A stretch of 64,000 nucleotides of DNA from Myxococcota bacterium (lineage in GTDB: Bacteria > Myxococcota_A > UBA796 > UBA2385), in contig JBIJDH010000006.1 in NCBI GenBank assembly GCA_044344255.1, positions 128,001-192,000 of the forward strand, in the 5' to 3' direction. The notes beneath the pieces are model-generated. The model did not search any database and was not told the DNA's origin. It saw only the letters and a program-made list of their open reading frames with translations. The translations under genes were made by a program, and so were the position numbers. Position 1 is the first letter of the stretch; every line of letters begins with the position of its first letter. Positions 48,323 to 56,831 of this stretch are shown here, in pieces.

Positions 48323-48829
48323 ATGGGCTCGCGCTTCTCGTCCCATAATGCCGAGATCGGAATGGAAGGTACGGAAGGCGAGCTCAACCTCGTCCCCTAC
48401 CTTGACATCATGATCAATCTGGTGATGTTCCTCCTCTTCAGCTTTCAGATCGTTCATGAGCTGAACATGATCGATGTGAACGCGCCCTCCTATGGGGGAG
48501 GGCCGTCCAAGGGCGCGCAGGATGAACAAAAGAAGGTGGTGACGAAGCTGCTCGTGGCCAAGACTGGCTACAAGGTGCTCTTCTCAGACCCCTCCCTCCC
48601 CTCGATCGACGTCCCCAAGCTCGACGGCAAGACTTACGACACCAAGGGCCTGAGCGAGCAACTCGTTCGGGTCAAGTCGGAGTTCGGCCTCAGCTCGGAG
48701 ATGGTGGTCACCGCGGAGGCCGACATCTCCTACGCCAACATCGTGGACGCGCTCGACGCGGCCCGTGAGAAGGATGGCAAGGAGCTGTTCCCCGATGTCG
48801 TGCTGGCCGTCGCCGCTGGCGTGAAGTGA
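48323..48829 (+). CDS. exbD: ExbD/TolR family protein
   Basis: ELNLVPYLDIMINLVMFLL; AEADISY..IVDALD. Confidence 0.92.
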   Translation: MGSRFSSHNAEIGMEGTEGELNLVPYLDIMINLVMFLLFSFQIVHELNMIDVNAPSYGGGPSKGAQDEQKKVVTKLLVAKTGYKVLFSDPSLPSIDVPKLDGKTYDTKGLSEQLVRVKSEFGLSSEMVVTAEADISYANIVDALDAAREKDGKELFPDVVLAVAAGVK

Positions 48830-48839
48830 AGGAGCGACG

Positions 48840-49421
48840 ATGAGCAGCGCCGAGGTGCCCGCGCCCACTGTGCACGAGAGCGTGTCGGAGGAGATCTACT
48901 CCTCCTTCTCTCGACACGGGAAGAAGCGGCGAAAGAAGAAGGCCATCCACCTCCCCGGAGAGGAGATCACGGAGCTGAACCTGACGGCCATGATGGACAT
49001 CATGACCATCTTGATCATCTTCTTGCTCAAGAACTTCGCGAACGAGCCACAGAAGCTCAACATGGACGATCACCTTCGTCCGCCGGAGTCCTCCGCCAAG
49101 ACCCCGATGGTACCGGCGGTGACGATCACGATCACCACCGAGTCCATCCTGGTGGACGACAAGGTGGTGGTGCTGACGCCAGACGTGAAGCTGGGCAGCG
49201 CCAAGCAGATGCTGATCCAGCCCTTGAGCGACTCGCTCAACGCGAAGACTGAGAACCTGAAGGCCCTCGCTCAGCGCACGGGGCAGCCCTTCACGGGCAA
49301 CCTCCTGATCATCGCGCATCGGGAGATCCCCTACAGCCTCCTGTCGGCGGTCCTCTATACGGCTGGGCAGGCCGACTACAGCAAGTACAAGCTCGTCACG
49401 ATGGGGAAGGCCAAGCAGTAG
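48840..49421 (+). CDS. exbD: Second ExbD/TolR family protein
   Basis: ELNLTAMMDIMTILIIFLL; AHREIPY..VLYTA. Confidence 0.92.
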   Translation: MSSAEVPAPTVHESVSEEIYSSFSRHGKKRRKKKAIHLPGEEITELNLTAMMDIMTILIIFLLKNFANEPQKLNMDDHLRPPESSAKTPMVPAVTITITTESILVDDKVVVLTPDVKLGSAKQMLIQPLSDSLNAKTENLKALAQRTGQPFTGNLLIIAHREIPYSLLSAVLYTAGQADYSKYKLVTMGKAKQ

Positions 49422-49480
49422 GCGCTCGGTGGCCTCCCGGGCGACCGCCGCGATAAGCGGTCGCTCCGAACGGAGGGTTC

Positions 49481-51640
49481 ATGGGCCTGCTCGCTGGAAG
49501 GGTCGTCCTCATCACGGGTGCTGGGAACGGGATCGGGCGGGCCCACGCGCTCGCCTGCGCGCGTGAGGGGGCCCGCGTCGTCGTCAATGACCTCGGCGGG
49601 GCTCGTGACGGCACCGGCGCGGATGGCTCAGCCGCCGCTGCGGTCGTGCGCGAGATCGAGGCCCTCGGCGGGGAGGCGGTGGCCAACACCGACAGCGTCA
49701 CCGACGCCGCGGGCTGCGCTCGGATGGTCGCGGCGGCGATGGAGAAGTGGGGTCGCCTCGACGCGGTGGTGAACAACGCGGGCATCCTGCGCGACGGCAC
49801 GTTCCGTAAGATGACCGACGAACAGTGGCGCCTCGTCATCGACGTGCACCTGAACGGCACGCAGAACGTGACCCGCGCCGCCCTCCCGGCCCTGCTGGGC
49901 AATGACGGCGGCGCGGGCGGCGGCGCGATCATCAACACCACTAGCTACTCTGGCTTGATCGGTAACTTTGGCCAGTCCAATTACGGCGCGGCCAAGGCCG
50001 GGGTCTACGGCTTCACGCGGGTCCTCGCCCTCGAGCTCCGGCGCTCGAACATCACGGTCAACTGCCTCGCCCCCATCGCCAAGACGCGGATGACCGAAGA
50101 GATCGGCATGGTCGAGGCGGAGTGGACGCCGGAGCAGATCTCCCCGGTGGTGGTCTTCCTGGCGAGCGAGCTCGGCAAGGGCGTGACCGGCAAGGTCTTT
50201 GGCGTGCAGGGGCAGCGCATCCACGCCTACGAGATGAAGGCCAACGACGGCGTCGAGAAGGCGGGCTCTGAGCCCTGGACGGCCCCGGAGATCGCCCAGC
50301 ACCTGGACCGCATCTTCGCCTTTGAGCTCGGCGCTCCGGCTTCTGCGCCGCTCTCGCCGCCCCCCGCGCAGGCGGCGCCCGCGATGGGCGCGGCCCCGGC
50401 GGCGCCCGATCCGGTCTCCGAGGCCTTCAGCTTCGTGCCGCAGGCCTACAAGGCCGACAAGGCAAAGGACTGGGCCGCGGTCATCCACTTCAAGATCGCG
50501 GGTGGGCCGGACAAGACGATCATCTGCGGCGAGGGCAAGGCGCGGGCAGAGGACGGCCTCCACGGCACGCCCACCTGCACCTTCAAGACCGACCGTGAGA
50601 CGATCATCGGCATCCTCACGCAGCAGATCGACGCCCAGAAGGCGTTCATGAAGAACAAGATCTCCGCCGATGACCTCGGCGTCGCGATGAAATTCGCGAT
50701 GTTCTTCCGCTTTGAGAAGCCGGCGGCCCCCGCCGCCGCCGCCGCCGCCCCCACCCCTGCCGCCCCCACCCCTGCCGCCGCCGCCCACGCCGTGGAGGCC
50801 ATATCGGCCCCGCCGCCCAAGGCCTGGGCTCCGCCGATCGGGAAGACCTACCAGGCGGGGTACTTCCTCGTGAAGCCGGCCGACGCCGAGGCCTACGCCG
50901 CGGCCACCAACGACCCCAGCCTCGCCTACTACGGCGAGGGGGCGATCGTGCCTCCGATGTTTCACGTGCGGCTGCTCCGCGACGCGATGTTCGCCGTGAT
51001 CCTCGATCCGGAGCTCGATCTCGACGTGCTCCGCCTCGTCCACGGTGAGCATGACGCCACCTTCCACCGCCCCCTCAAGGCCTGGGATCTCGTCCAGTGT
51101 CGCGCCACGCTCGAAGGCGTCGAGCAGAAGGCGAAGGGCCTCCTCGTGACGGTCCGCCTCACCGGCATCGTGAACGGTGAGGTCTCGGTCGAGGCCCGCT
51201 CGCTCTTCTTCATCCGGGGGCAGATCAAGCTGCCGCTCCCCGCCGGGAAGGGCTCCCCCGAGGAGAAGGTTGACCTCGGGGAGCCCTCTCACACGCGCAC
51301 GATCGAGGTCAGCGCAGACCAGTCCTACCGCTACGCCAAGGTCTCGCTGGACGACAACCCGATCCACACCGACGCCGCGACCGCGCAGGCCGCGGGCCTC
51401 CCCGACGTGATCCTGCACGGGCTCTGCACCATGGCCCTCTCCGGGGTGGGCGTCTTGCGGGCGATCGCCTTTGACGACGCCACTCGCCTCAAGCGGCTCG
51501 GCGTTCGGTTCAGCAAGCCGGTCCTCAACGGCAGCGCGCTGCGCCTGCGGATCTGGAGGCAGCCGAACGGGGCTCGTTTCGACGTGCTCGACGCGCAGGG
51601 AGAGGCGGTGATCACCAACGGCGTGGCCGAGCTCTCCTGA
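49481..51640 (+). CDS. MFE-2-like multifunctional beta-oxidation protein: SDR dehydrogenase, SCP2, double hot-dog (MaoC) hydratase
   Basis: TGAGNGIG, VNDLG, NNAGILRD, GNFGQSNYGAAK; SCP2-like PTCTF..DAQKAFMKNKI; LVHGE; YAKVSLDDNPIHTD..ILHGLCT. Confidence 0.9.
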   Translation: MGLLAGRVVLITGAGNGIGRAHALACAREGARVVVNDLGGARDGTGADGSAAAAVVREIEALGGEAVANTDSVTDAAGCARMVAAAMEKWGRLDAVVNNAGILRDGTFRKMTDEQWRLVIDVHLNGTQNVTRAALPALLGNDGGAGGGAIINTTSYSGLIGNFGQSNYGAAKAGVYGFTRVLALELRRSNITVNCLAPIAKTRMTEEIGMVEAEWTPEQISPVVVFLASELGKGVTGKVFGVQGQRIHAYEMKANDGVEKAGSEPWTAPEIAQHLDRIFAFELGAPASAPLSPPPAQAAPAMGAAPAAPDPVSEAFSFVPQAYKADKAKDWAAVIHFKIAGGPDKTIICGEGKARAEDGLHGTPTCTFKTDRETIIGILTQQIDAQKAFMKNKISADDLGVAMKFAMFFRFEKPAAPAAAAAAPTPAAPTPAAAAHAVEAISAPPPKAWAPPIGKTYQAGYFLVKPADAEAYAAATNDPSLAYYGEGAIVPPMFHVRLLRDAMFAVILDPELDLDVLRLVHGEHDATFHRPLKAWDLVQCRATLEGVEQKAKGLLVTVRLTGIVNGEVSVEARSLFFIRGQIKLPLPAGKGSPEEKVDLGEPSHTRTIEVSADQSYRYAKVSLDDNPIHTDAATAQAAGLPDVILHGLCTMALSGVGVLRAIAFDDATRLKRLGVRFSKPVLNGSALRLRIWRQPNGARFDVLDAQGEAVITNGVAELS

Positions 51641-53716
51641 GTGGCCCGGCCCCGGCCCCGGTCTCTCGCGGCCGCCGCGGCCCTCTTCGCGGGGCTGCTG
51701 CTGAGCCCGATCTTGCTCGAGGCCGTCTGCTGGATCGCCGATGAGGGCGCATTCCCGCACGTGAACGTCTACGTGGCGGACGAGGCGCTGGGGGCGCGCC
51801 TGCAGCCCGGTGCGACCGAGCGGATCTCCTTCAGCGGCAACCCGGTGAGCTCGGTTCGGATCAACGCCCGGGGCTACCGGGGGCCGGACTGGGGCCCCGC
51901 GACGGCCGACGACATCCTCCTCGTGGGCGACTCCCAGGCCTTCGGCCTCGGCGTCGACGAGGGTGACACCGCCGCCGTGGTCGTCGACCGCCGGCTCCAT
52001 CGCGCGGTGCTCAACGCCGCGGTGCCCACCTACGGGCCCGAGGAGTACCTCTCGACCGTCGAGGCGGTGCTGGCCGAGCGGCCGGTGGGCCACGTGGTCA
52101 TCGTCCTCAACGCCTCCAACGACTTCTTCGAGCTCGGCCGCCCCAACCGTGAGCGTCATCGGATCTGGGACGGTTGGGCTGTGCGCGCCGAGACGGCCCC
52201 CGAGCTCGTCGAAGACTTTCCGGGCAGGGCCTGGCTTTATGGTCGTTCACACGCCTTCTTCGCCTGGCGTCGCCTCCGGCATGGGCCGCTGGGCTCGGGG
52301 AGCCTCCCCTCGGAGGGGCAGCCCGCCGATCTGCTGCCCGCGGTCTCCGGAGATCCGGCCTCGAAGGAGGAGGCGGAGCGGCAGCGCTCCGAGGAAGAGC
52401 TGCGCATCATCGCCGCCGCTCGCGCGGAGGCCGGGGCGCGGGCGGAGGGTCGGGGGCTGGTCCAGGTCTGGCTCGACACCCTCGGCTACGACAGTGAAGA
52501 GCTCGACTTTGTCGCCGCCGCGGTCAGCCAGGGCGCCCACCCGGGCGACATCATCGACGTCGGATACGGGGAGGGCAGCCGCAGCGTCGCCCTCACCGCG
52601 CAGCTGCTCGAGGAGGGCGCGCAGCTCCGAGCGCAGGTCCCGGAGCGGGCGCGGGCCTGGCTGAAGGAGCACCCCGACTCCGAGATGGCGCCGCCGCTCC
52701 GCGCCGCCCTCGCCGCCGCCGACGGAGCGCCCGCGAACCCCGCCTCGATCCAGCGTGTCGCGCCCCGGGCCTCCGCCCCCAGCCCCTTCCACGACTACCT
52801 GCTCCGTGCGAACGCGCTCGTCGCCGAGCACGAGGCCGAGCTCACGGTGGTCATGCTCCCCCTCGACGTGCAGGTGAGCGAGGCTGAGTGGGTCAAGTAT
52901 GGCGCCGCCCCTCAAGATCTCACCGCCGCCAACGCGCTCCTCGACGAGGTGGCGAGGGACGGCCGGGGGCTCGGGATCCGGATGCTCCAGCCCCGAGCGG
53001 CCCTCGCTGCCGCCGAGCCCGGGGCCTTCCTCGATGGCGATCTGCACCTCTCGCCGAAGGGCCATCGGGTGGTCGGCGAGGCGCTGGCCGACTTGATCCG
53101 GGGCCCCGCCCCCGTCCCCCTGCCCGGCTGGGGCCTCCCCGAGGGGAGGAGCCGGGTGCCCCTCGCCGAGGAGTGGGCGCTGCCGCCGGAGCGCCACGTC
53201 GACGGCCAGGTGCCGTCGAGCTGCTCCGCCCGCCGGGTGAGGGAGTGGGTCCGCCTCGACTGCGAGGATGGGGTCGGCCTCGGCCTCGCGCAGGCCTCAG
53301 AGGAGGCGCTGTGGTCCGTGGATCGAGAGGGGGCTCACGTGGTCCTCCCCACGACGCGCGCCTCGATCGTCGATGTCCACGAGGCCACGCGGGTCCTCCG
53401 CTTCCGCTTCGACGGCGAGACCGCGACGATGGTGCGGCTGGAGGCCACCCCGGCGCCGCGAGCCGCGCTCCCAAGCGCCCTCTTGTCCTGTGAGATAGAG
53501 CGAGGGTGGGTCGGCGACCTGGAGCACGGCTGTGAGGCGACCGGCTGCGAGGGCCTCCAGGCCTGCGCCGACGGCTCGCGGCGGGCCCTCCCGGACTGTC
53601 CCGAAGGGGAGGCGAACGCCGGCTCCAGCGGGCACTGTTACGCGCTCTGCGACGAGGCCCACCCCTGCACCTCCGGGGTCTGCACCCCCTGGCAGGGCAG
53701 CGCCGTCTGCCTCTGA
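51641..53716 (+). CDS. SGNH/AlgX-AlgJ-like protein with large insertion and Cys-rich C-terminus
   Basis: N-terminal TM; INARGYRG, VGDSQAFG, NAAVPTYG, NDFF, DGDLHLSPKGH; about 10 Cys in the tail. Confidence 0.78.
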   Translation: MARPRPRSLAAAAALFAGLLLSPILLEAVCWIADEGAFPHVNVYVADEALGARLQPGATERISFSGNPVSSVRINARGYRGPDWGPATADDILLVGDSQAFGLGVDEGDTAAVVVDRRLHRAVLNAAVPTYGPEEYLSTVEAVLAERPVGHVVIVLNASNDFFELGRPNRERHRIWDGWAVRAETAPELVEDFPGRAWLYGRSHAFFAWRRLRHGPLGSGSLPSEGQPADLLPAVSGDPASKEEAERQRSEEELRIIAAARAEAGARAEGRGLVQVWLDTLGYDSEELDFVAAAVSQGAHPGDIIDVGYGEGSRSVALTAQLLEEGAQLRAQVPERARAWLKEHPDSEMAPPLRAALAAADGAPANPASIQRVAPRASAPSPFHDYLLRANALVAEHEAELTVVMLPLDVQVSEAEWVKYGAAPQDLTAANALLDEVARDGRGLGIRMLQPRAALAAAEPGAFLDGDLHLSPKGHRVVGEALADLIRGPAPVPLPGWGLPEGRSRVPLAEEWALPPERHVDGQVPSSCSARRVREWVRLDCEDGVGLGLAQASEEALWSVDREGAHVVLPTTRASIVDVHEATRVLRFRFDGETATMVRLEATPAPRAALPSALLSCEIERGWVGDLEHGCEATGCEGLQACADGSRRALPDCPEGEANAGSSGHCYALCDEAHPCTSGVCTPWQGSAVCL

Positions 53717-53827
53717 AGGATGTGCTGCCGCTGAGGCGTGCTGCCTTGGAGGGATTTGACCCCAGCGGCGCGGGCCGCGCCAGCCGCGGGCGGGCGGGAT
53801 AATCGGCCCCCTCTCGTGGGGTCCACC

Positions 53828-54427
53828 ATGTCCGATGTGCACGCCTTCCTCGACCGTGTCTTTCAGCGCCTCCCCGCCTCGCCGCCGCGCGAGTTCCAGT
53901 TCTTCCACTGGGCCTGGCCGGGTCGCGCCACCGAGGAGGGCTTTGGCCTGCTGCCGGTGCCGGGCCTCGATCCCGGCAAGGTCATCGACGCCGCGATGGA
54001 CGTCGATCACTACCTCGGAAACGTCGAGCACGTGAAGGTCTCCCGCTCGGTGCGAGACGCCCGCTGGAGCCTCCCCGCCGCGACCCGCTTCTACCAGCGG
54101 GTCGATGTCCCGATGCTCGGCTCGATCCACCACGAGCTCGTCATCCAGCGGCTCGCCGAGCGGAAGGGCTACCAGATCGCCGCCTGGGACCTCCTCCGCC
54201 CCGAGACCGAGGCCCTCAACTCCAAGGAGGGGGCCCGCAGCGACGTGAGCCAGGGCGCCTGGATCGCGGCCCCGGGCGTCATCGGCTACGCCCTCGCCTC
54301 CTACCCGCGCCGCGACGACGTCGGCCTGCTCAAGTGGAAGGCGCTGACCACCGGCGCCGACGTCGCCGCCAGCCGCGTCCTCAAGGCGAACATGGAGTGC
54401 CTCGCCCGCTGGGCCTCGCGCCGCTGA
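53828..54427 (+). CDS. Hypothetical protein, possibly START/SRPBCC fold
   Basis: Strong coding bias; MDVDHYLGNVEHVKVSR..FYQRVDVP..GAW pattern. Confidence 0.65.
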   Translation: MSDVHAFLDRVFQRLPASPPREFQFFHWAWPGRATEEGFGLLPVPGLDPGKVIDAAMDVDHYLGNVEHVKVSRSVRDARWSLPAATRFYQRVDVPMLGSIHHELVIQRLAERKGYQIAAWDLLRPETEALNSKEGARSDVSQGAWIAAPGVIGYALASYPRRDDVGLLKWKALTTGADVAASRVLKANMECLARWASRR

Positions 54428-56816
54428 GCGCGCTCGCGGGGGCTCGGCGACGTCGGGCGATCAGGAGCGTAAGGGGTCCGAGCAGGGCCCCGCTTGCGGC
54501 GCCTGCCCCCTGGGCGCAGCCGCAGCCGCCCTTGGGCGCCCCGGCCCCTGCGGACGGGGTGCCGCTGTCTTCGTCACCGCCGTACCAACCATCGGTGCCG
54601 TCTGTGCCGTCGGTTCCGTCTGTGCCGTCGGTTCCGTCGGTTCCGTCGGTTCCGTCGGTGCCGTCGGTTCCGTCGGTGCCATCGCCCCCGCCATCGCCGG
54701 TGTCGCTGCCGTCGCAGTCCTCCTGGGCCTGGGCCCGATCGTGGAGGGCGAGCACGTAGCCGCCGGCCCCGAAGCCGAGCATGGGCGCCGGCCCCTCGAA
54801 GTCGCCGGTCACCGGGTCGAGGAGCTCGGGCAGGGTGTCGTCGTTCATCCGCGCCTGGGCGGTGATCCAGTCCTCGAGGGGCTCGGCGCCGGAGGGGTCA
54901 CAGTCGCGGCGCATGGCGACGGCGGCGCGCAGATCGATCATCACCCACTCCTGCTCGTCATAGCTGTCGCCGTCGTCGTTCCGCTTGAAGCCCTTTCCGT
55001 GGGCCACCCGCAGCGCCTCCCAGGCGGCGCGGCTGGCGCGGTAGGCCTCGCTCCGCGGCGGGAGGGCGTCATTGTTGAAGGCCTCGACCGCGGCGAGGTC
55101 GAGGGCGTCCCCGCTCAGCTCCTCAAGGTTGCCCATCAGCGCACCGTCCCGGAGGAGGCGGGCCTCGATGGCCACAGAGATCGACTCCGAAGCGGACCGG
55201 TAGGCCTCCGCCCGAGGGTCGCCCAACCGCTCGGCGAGGGCCGAGGCCTCCTGGAGGCCGCGGGCGGCCCAGGCGCTCGTGTAGGTGAAGTGCTTCTGGT
55301 GGCCGTTCCAGTGCCGCTCCCAGATGCTCGAGTCTTCGGTGATGAGCCCGGTCTCGTCGATCGAGGCGAGCAGCGGATCGGCCACGCCGTCGAGGGCGAT
55401 GGGGCCGAGCTCGGCGAGCACGGCGGCGTCCTCGTTCTGATCCATCCACTCGCCGAAGGCCCAGAGCCAGAGCCCCCAGTCGTCGAGCTCGATGTTGGGG
55501 CCGTTTTCGTCTGCGTCGCTCCACTCGCCCCCGTCGCCGTAGGTGCGGCAGACGGTGACGCTGTAGTCGAGCCCGCCGAGGTAGTCCGCGTAGTCGCCCG
55601 ACTTTCCCTCCTGAACGAAGAAGCGGAGGCCGGCCAGGGCCTCCTCGGCGTAGCCCGCCGCCGTCAGGGCGCGGATGGCATAGGCGCCGTCCCGGGCCCA
55701 GGTGATGTTCCATAGGTGGGTGAAGTCGCCGGAAGAGACGGGGAGGGAGGCGACGATCTGTCCGTGGGGGTCGCCCTCCTCGCGCACCTGCCCCTGACGG
55801 AGGAAGGCGAGGGACTGCCGGTAGACCGCCTCTTCGTCGGCGCGCAGGCCCGCGGGCGGGGTGGCCAGGGCCTGCCAGTCGGCCCAACCGGCGAGCTCGG
55901 CGTCGAGGAGCGCGCTCGGCGCTCGCTCGTCGATGAAGGCGGTCACGGCGGCGGGCACGAGGCTGCGGTCGCCGCCGCTCGAGAAGGCCTCGACGAGGCC
56001 CACCCAGGTCTCCGCGCCGGGTGCGAGGCTGCCCACCGACCACTGGAGGCCGGGGACGAGGTCGTCCCCCGAGCGGTCGCAGCCGTCGCTGAGGTCGGCG
56101 CCGGCGTTGACGGTGCTCCAGACGGCGTCGCAGCTCCGCCGGGTGGGCGCGACGAGCGGGACGAGGTGCATGCCGAGGCCGGTGCCGCTCCCGCTCTCGT
56201 AGAGCCCGAGGCCGAGCGGCTCGACCTGCTCGGCGAGGGTGTGGGCGCCACCGCCGTCCTCGCCCCCGAGGTGGTAGTTGTGCAGCGAGAAGAGCTCGAC
56301 CGAGACCGCGACGGCCCCGTCGTTGCGGACGCGCAGCAGGTGGAGGAAGCCCGGCCCGGCGTAGCCGAAGGGGGCGCTCACCACCTCCTCGATGAAGAGG
56401 CTGCCGCGGCTCCGATCGACGCGCAGGACGCCCGTGCCGGGGTCGTAAGACTCGGCGCCGGCCGCGGTCAGCCAGCCGCTCCAGCCCTCGGCGCGGAGGC
56501 CGAAGTAGGTGTCGTAGAGCAGATCCCAGGTGTCGTCGCTGAGCGCGTCGGGCCGCTGGTAGAGGTGGTCCGAGAAGCGGTCGAGCACGCCGCCGCCGCC
56601 GCCGTCCCGGTTGTAGACCACCACCCCGTAGCCGTTGGAGGACACGCGCCCGTCGAGGCTCTCGTGGGGTTCGACGGCCCCTGCGTTGGCTGGCAGCAGC
56701 GCGCCGCCGACCCACAGCGCGCTGACCCACAGGGCGCAGCCGACCCGCAGCGCGCGGCCGACCCGCTGGGTGAGGTGGGCGCGGCGTTCGCGGGCTCCGA
56801 GTGTGCGGTCGGACAT
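54381..56816 (-). CDS. Glycoside hydrolase family 15-like secreted protein with (GTD)n linker and MYXO-CTERM-like anchor
   Basis: Signal peptide; GQIVASL, WARDGAY, SIWE, LPE; GGCGCA..LLIARRRR. Confidence 0.85.
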   Translation of the reverse strand: MSDRTLGARERRAHLTQRVGRALRVGCALWVSALWVGGALLPANAGAVEPHESLDGRVSSNGYGVVVYNRDGGGGGVLDRFSDHLYQRPDALSDDTWDLLYDTYFGLRAEGWSGWLTAAGAESYDPGTGVLRVDRSRGSLFIEEVVSAPFGYAGPGFLHLLRVRNDGAVAVSVELFSLHNYHLGGEDGGGAHTLAEQVEPLGLGLYESGSGTGLGMHLVPLVAPTRRSCDAVWSTVNAGADLSDGCDRSGDDLVPGLQWSVGSLAPGAETWVGLVEAFSSGGDRSLVPAAVTAFIDERAPSALLDAELAGWADWQALATPPAGLRADEEAVYRQSLAFLRQGQVREEGDPHGQIVASLPVSSGDFTHLWNITWARDGAYAIRALTAAGYAEEALAGLRFFVQEGKSGDYADYLGGLDYSVTVCRTYGDGGEWSDADENGPNIELDDWGLWLWAFGEWMDQNEDAAVLAELGPIALDGVADPLLASIDETGLITEDSSIWERHWNGHQKHFTYTSAWAARGLQEASALAERLGDPRAEAYRSASESISVAIEARLLRDGALMGNLEELSGDALDLAAVEAFNNDALPPRSEAYRASRAAWEALRVAHGKGFKRNDDGDSYDEQEWVMIDLRAAVAMRRDCDPSGAEPLEDWITAQARMNDDTLPELLDPVTGDFEGPAPMLGFGAGGYVLALHDRAQAQEDCDGSDTGDGGGDGTDGTDGTDGTDGTDGTDGTDGTDGTDGTDGWYGGDEDSGTPSAGAGAPKGGCGCAQGAGAASGALLGPLTLLIARRRRAPASALSGARPSGRGTPCSP
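54592..54682. repeat. In-frame 9-bp (Gly-Thr-Asp)n coding repeat
   Basis: About 10 degenerate copies within the GH15 gene; similar linkers near 27720-27790 and 33915-33950. Confidence 0.85.
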
Positions 56817-56831
56817 GATCTCCCCGAGGGT

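Noticed and set aside
47644..49421. Naming the trio aglR/aglQ/aglS
   Set aside because: The layout fits, but orthology cannot be established by eye and paralogous trios exist.
49439..49466. Hairpin GCGACCGC-N8-GCGGTCGC as an intrinsic terminator
   Set aside because: Short stem with no U-tract, close to the next RBS; too weak to call.
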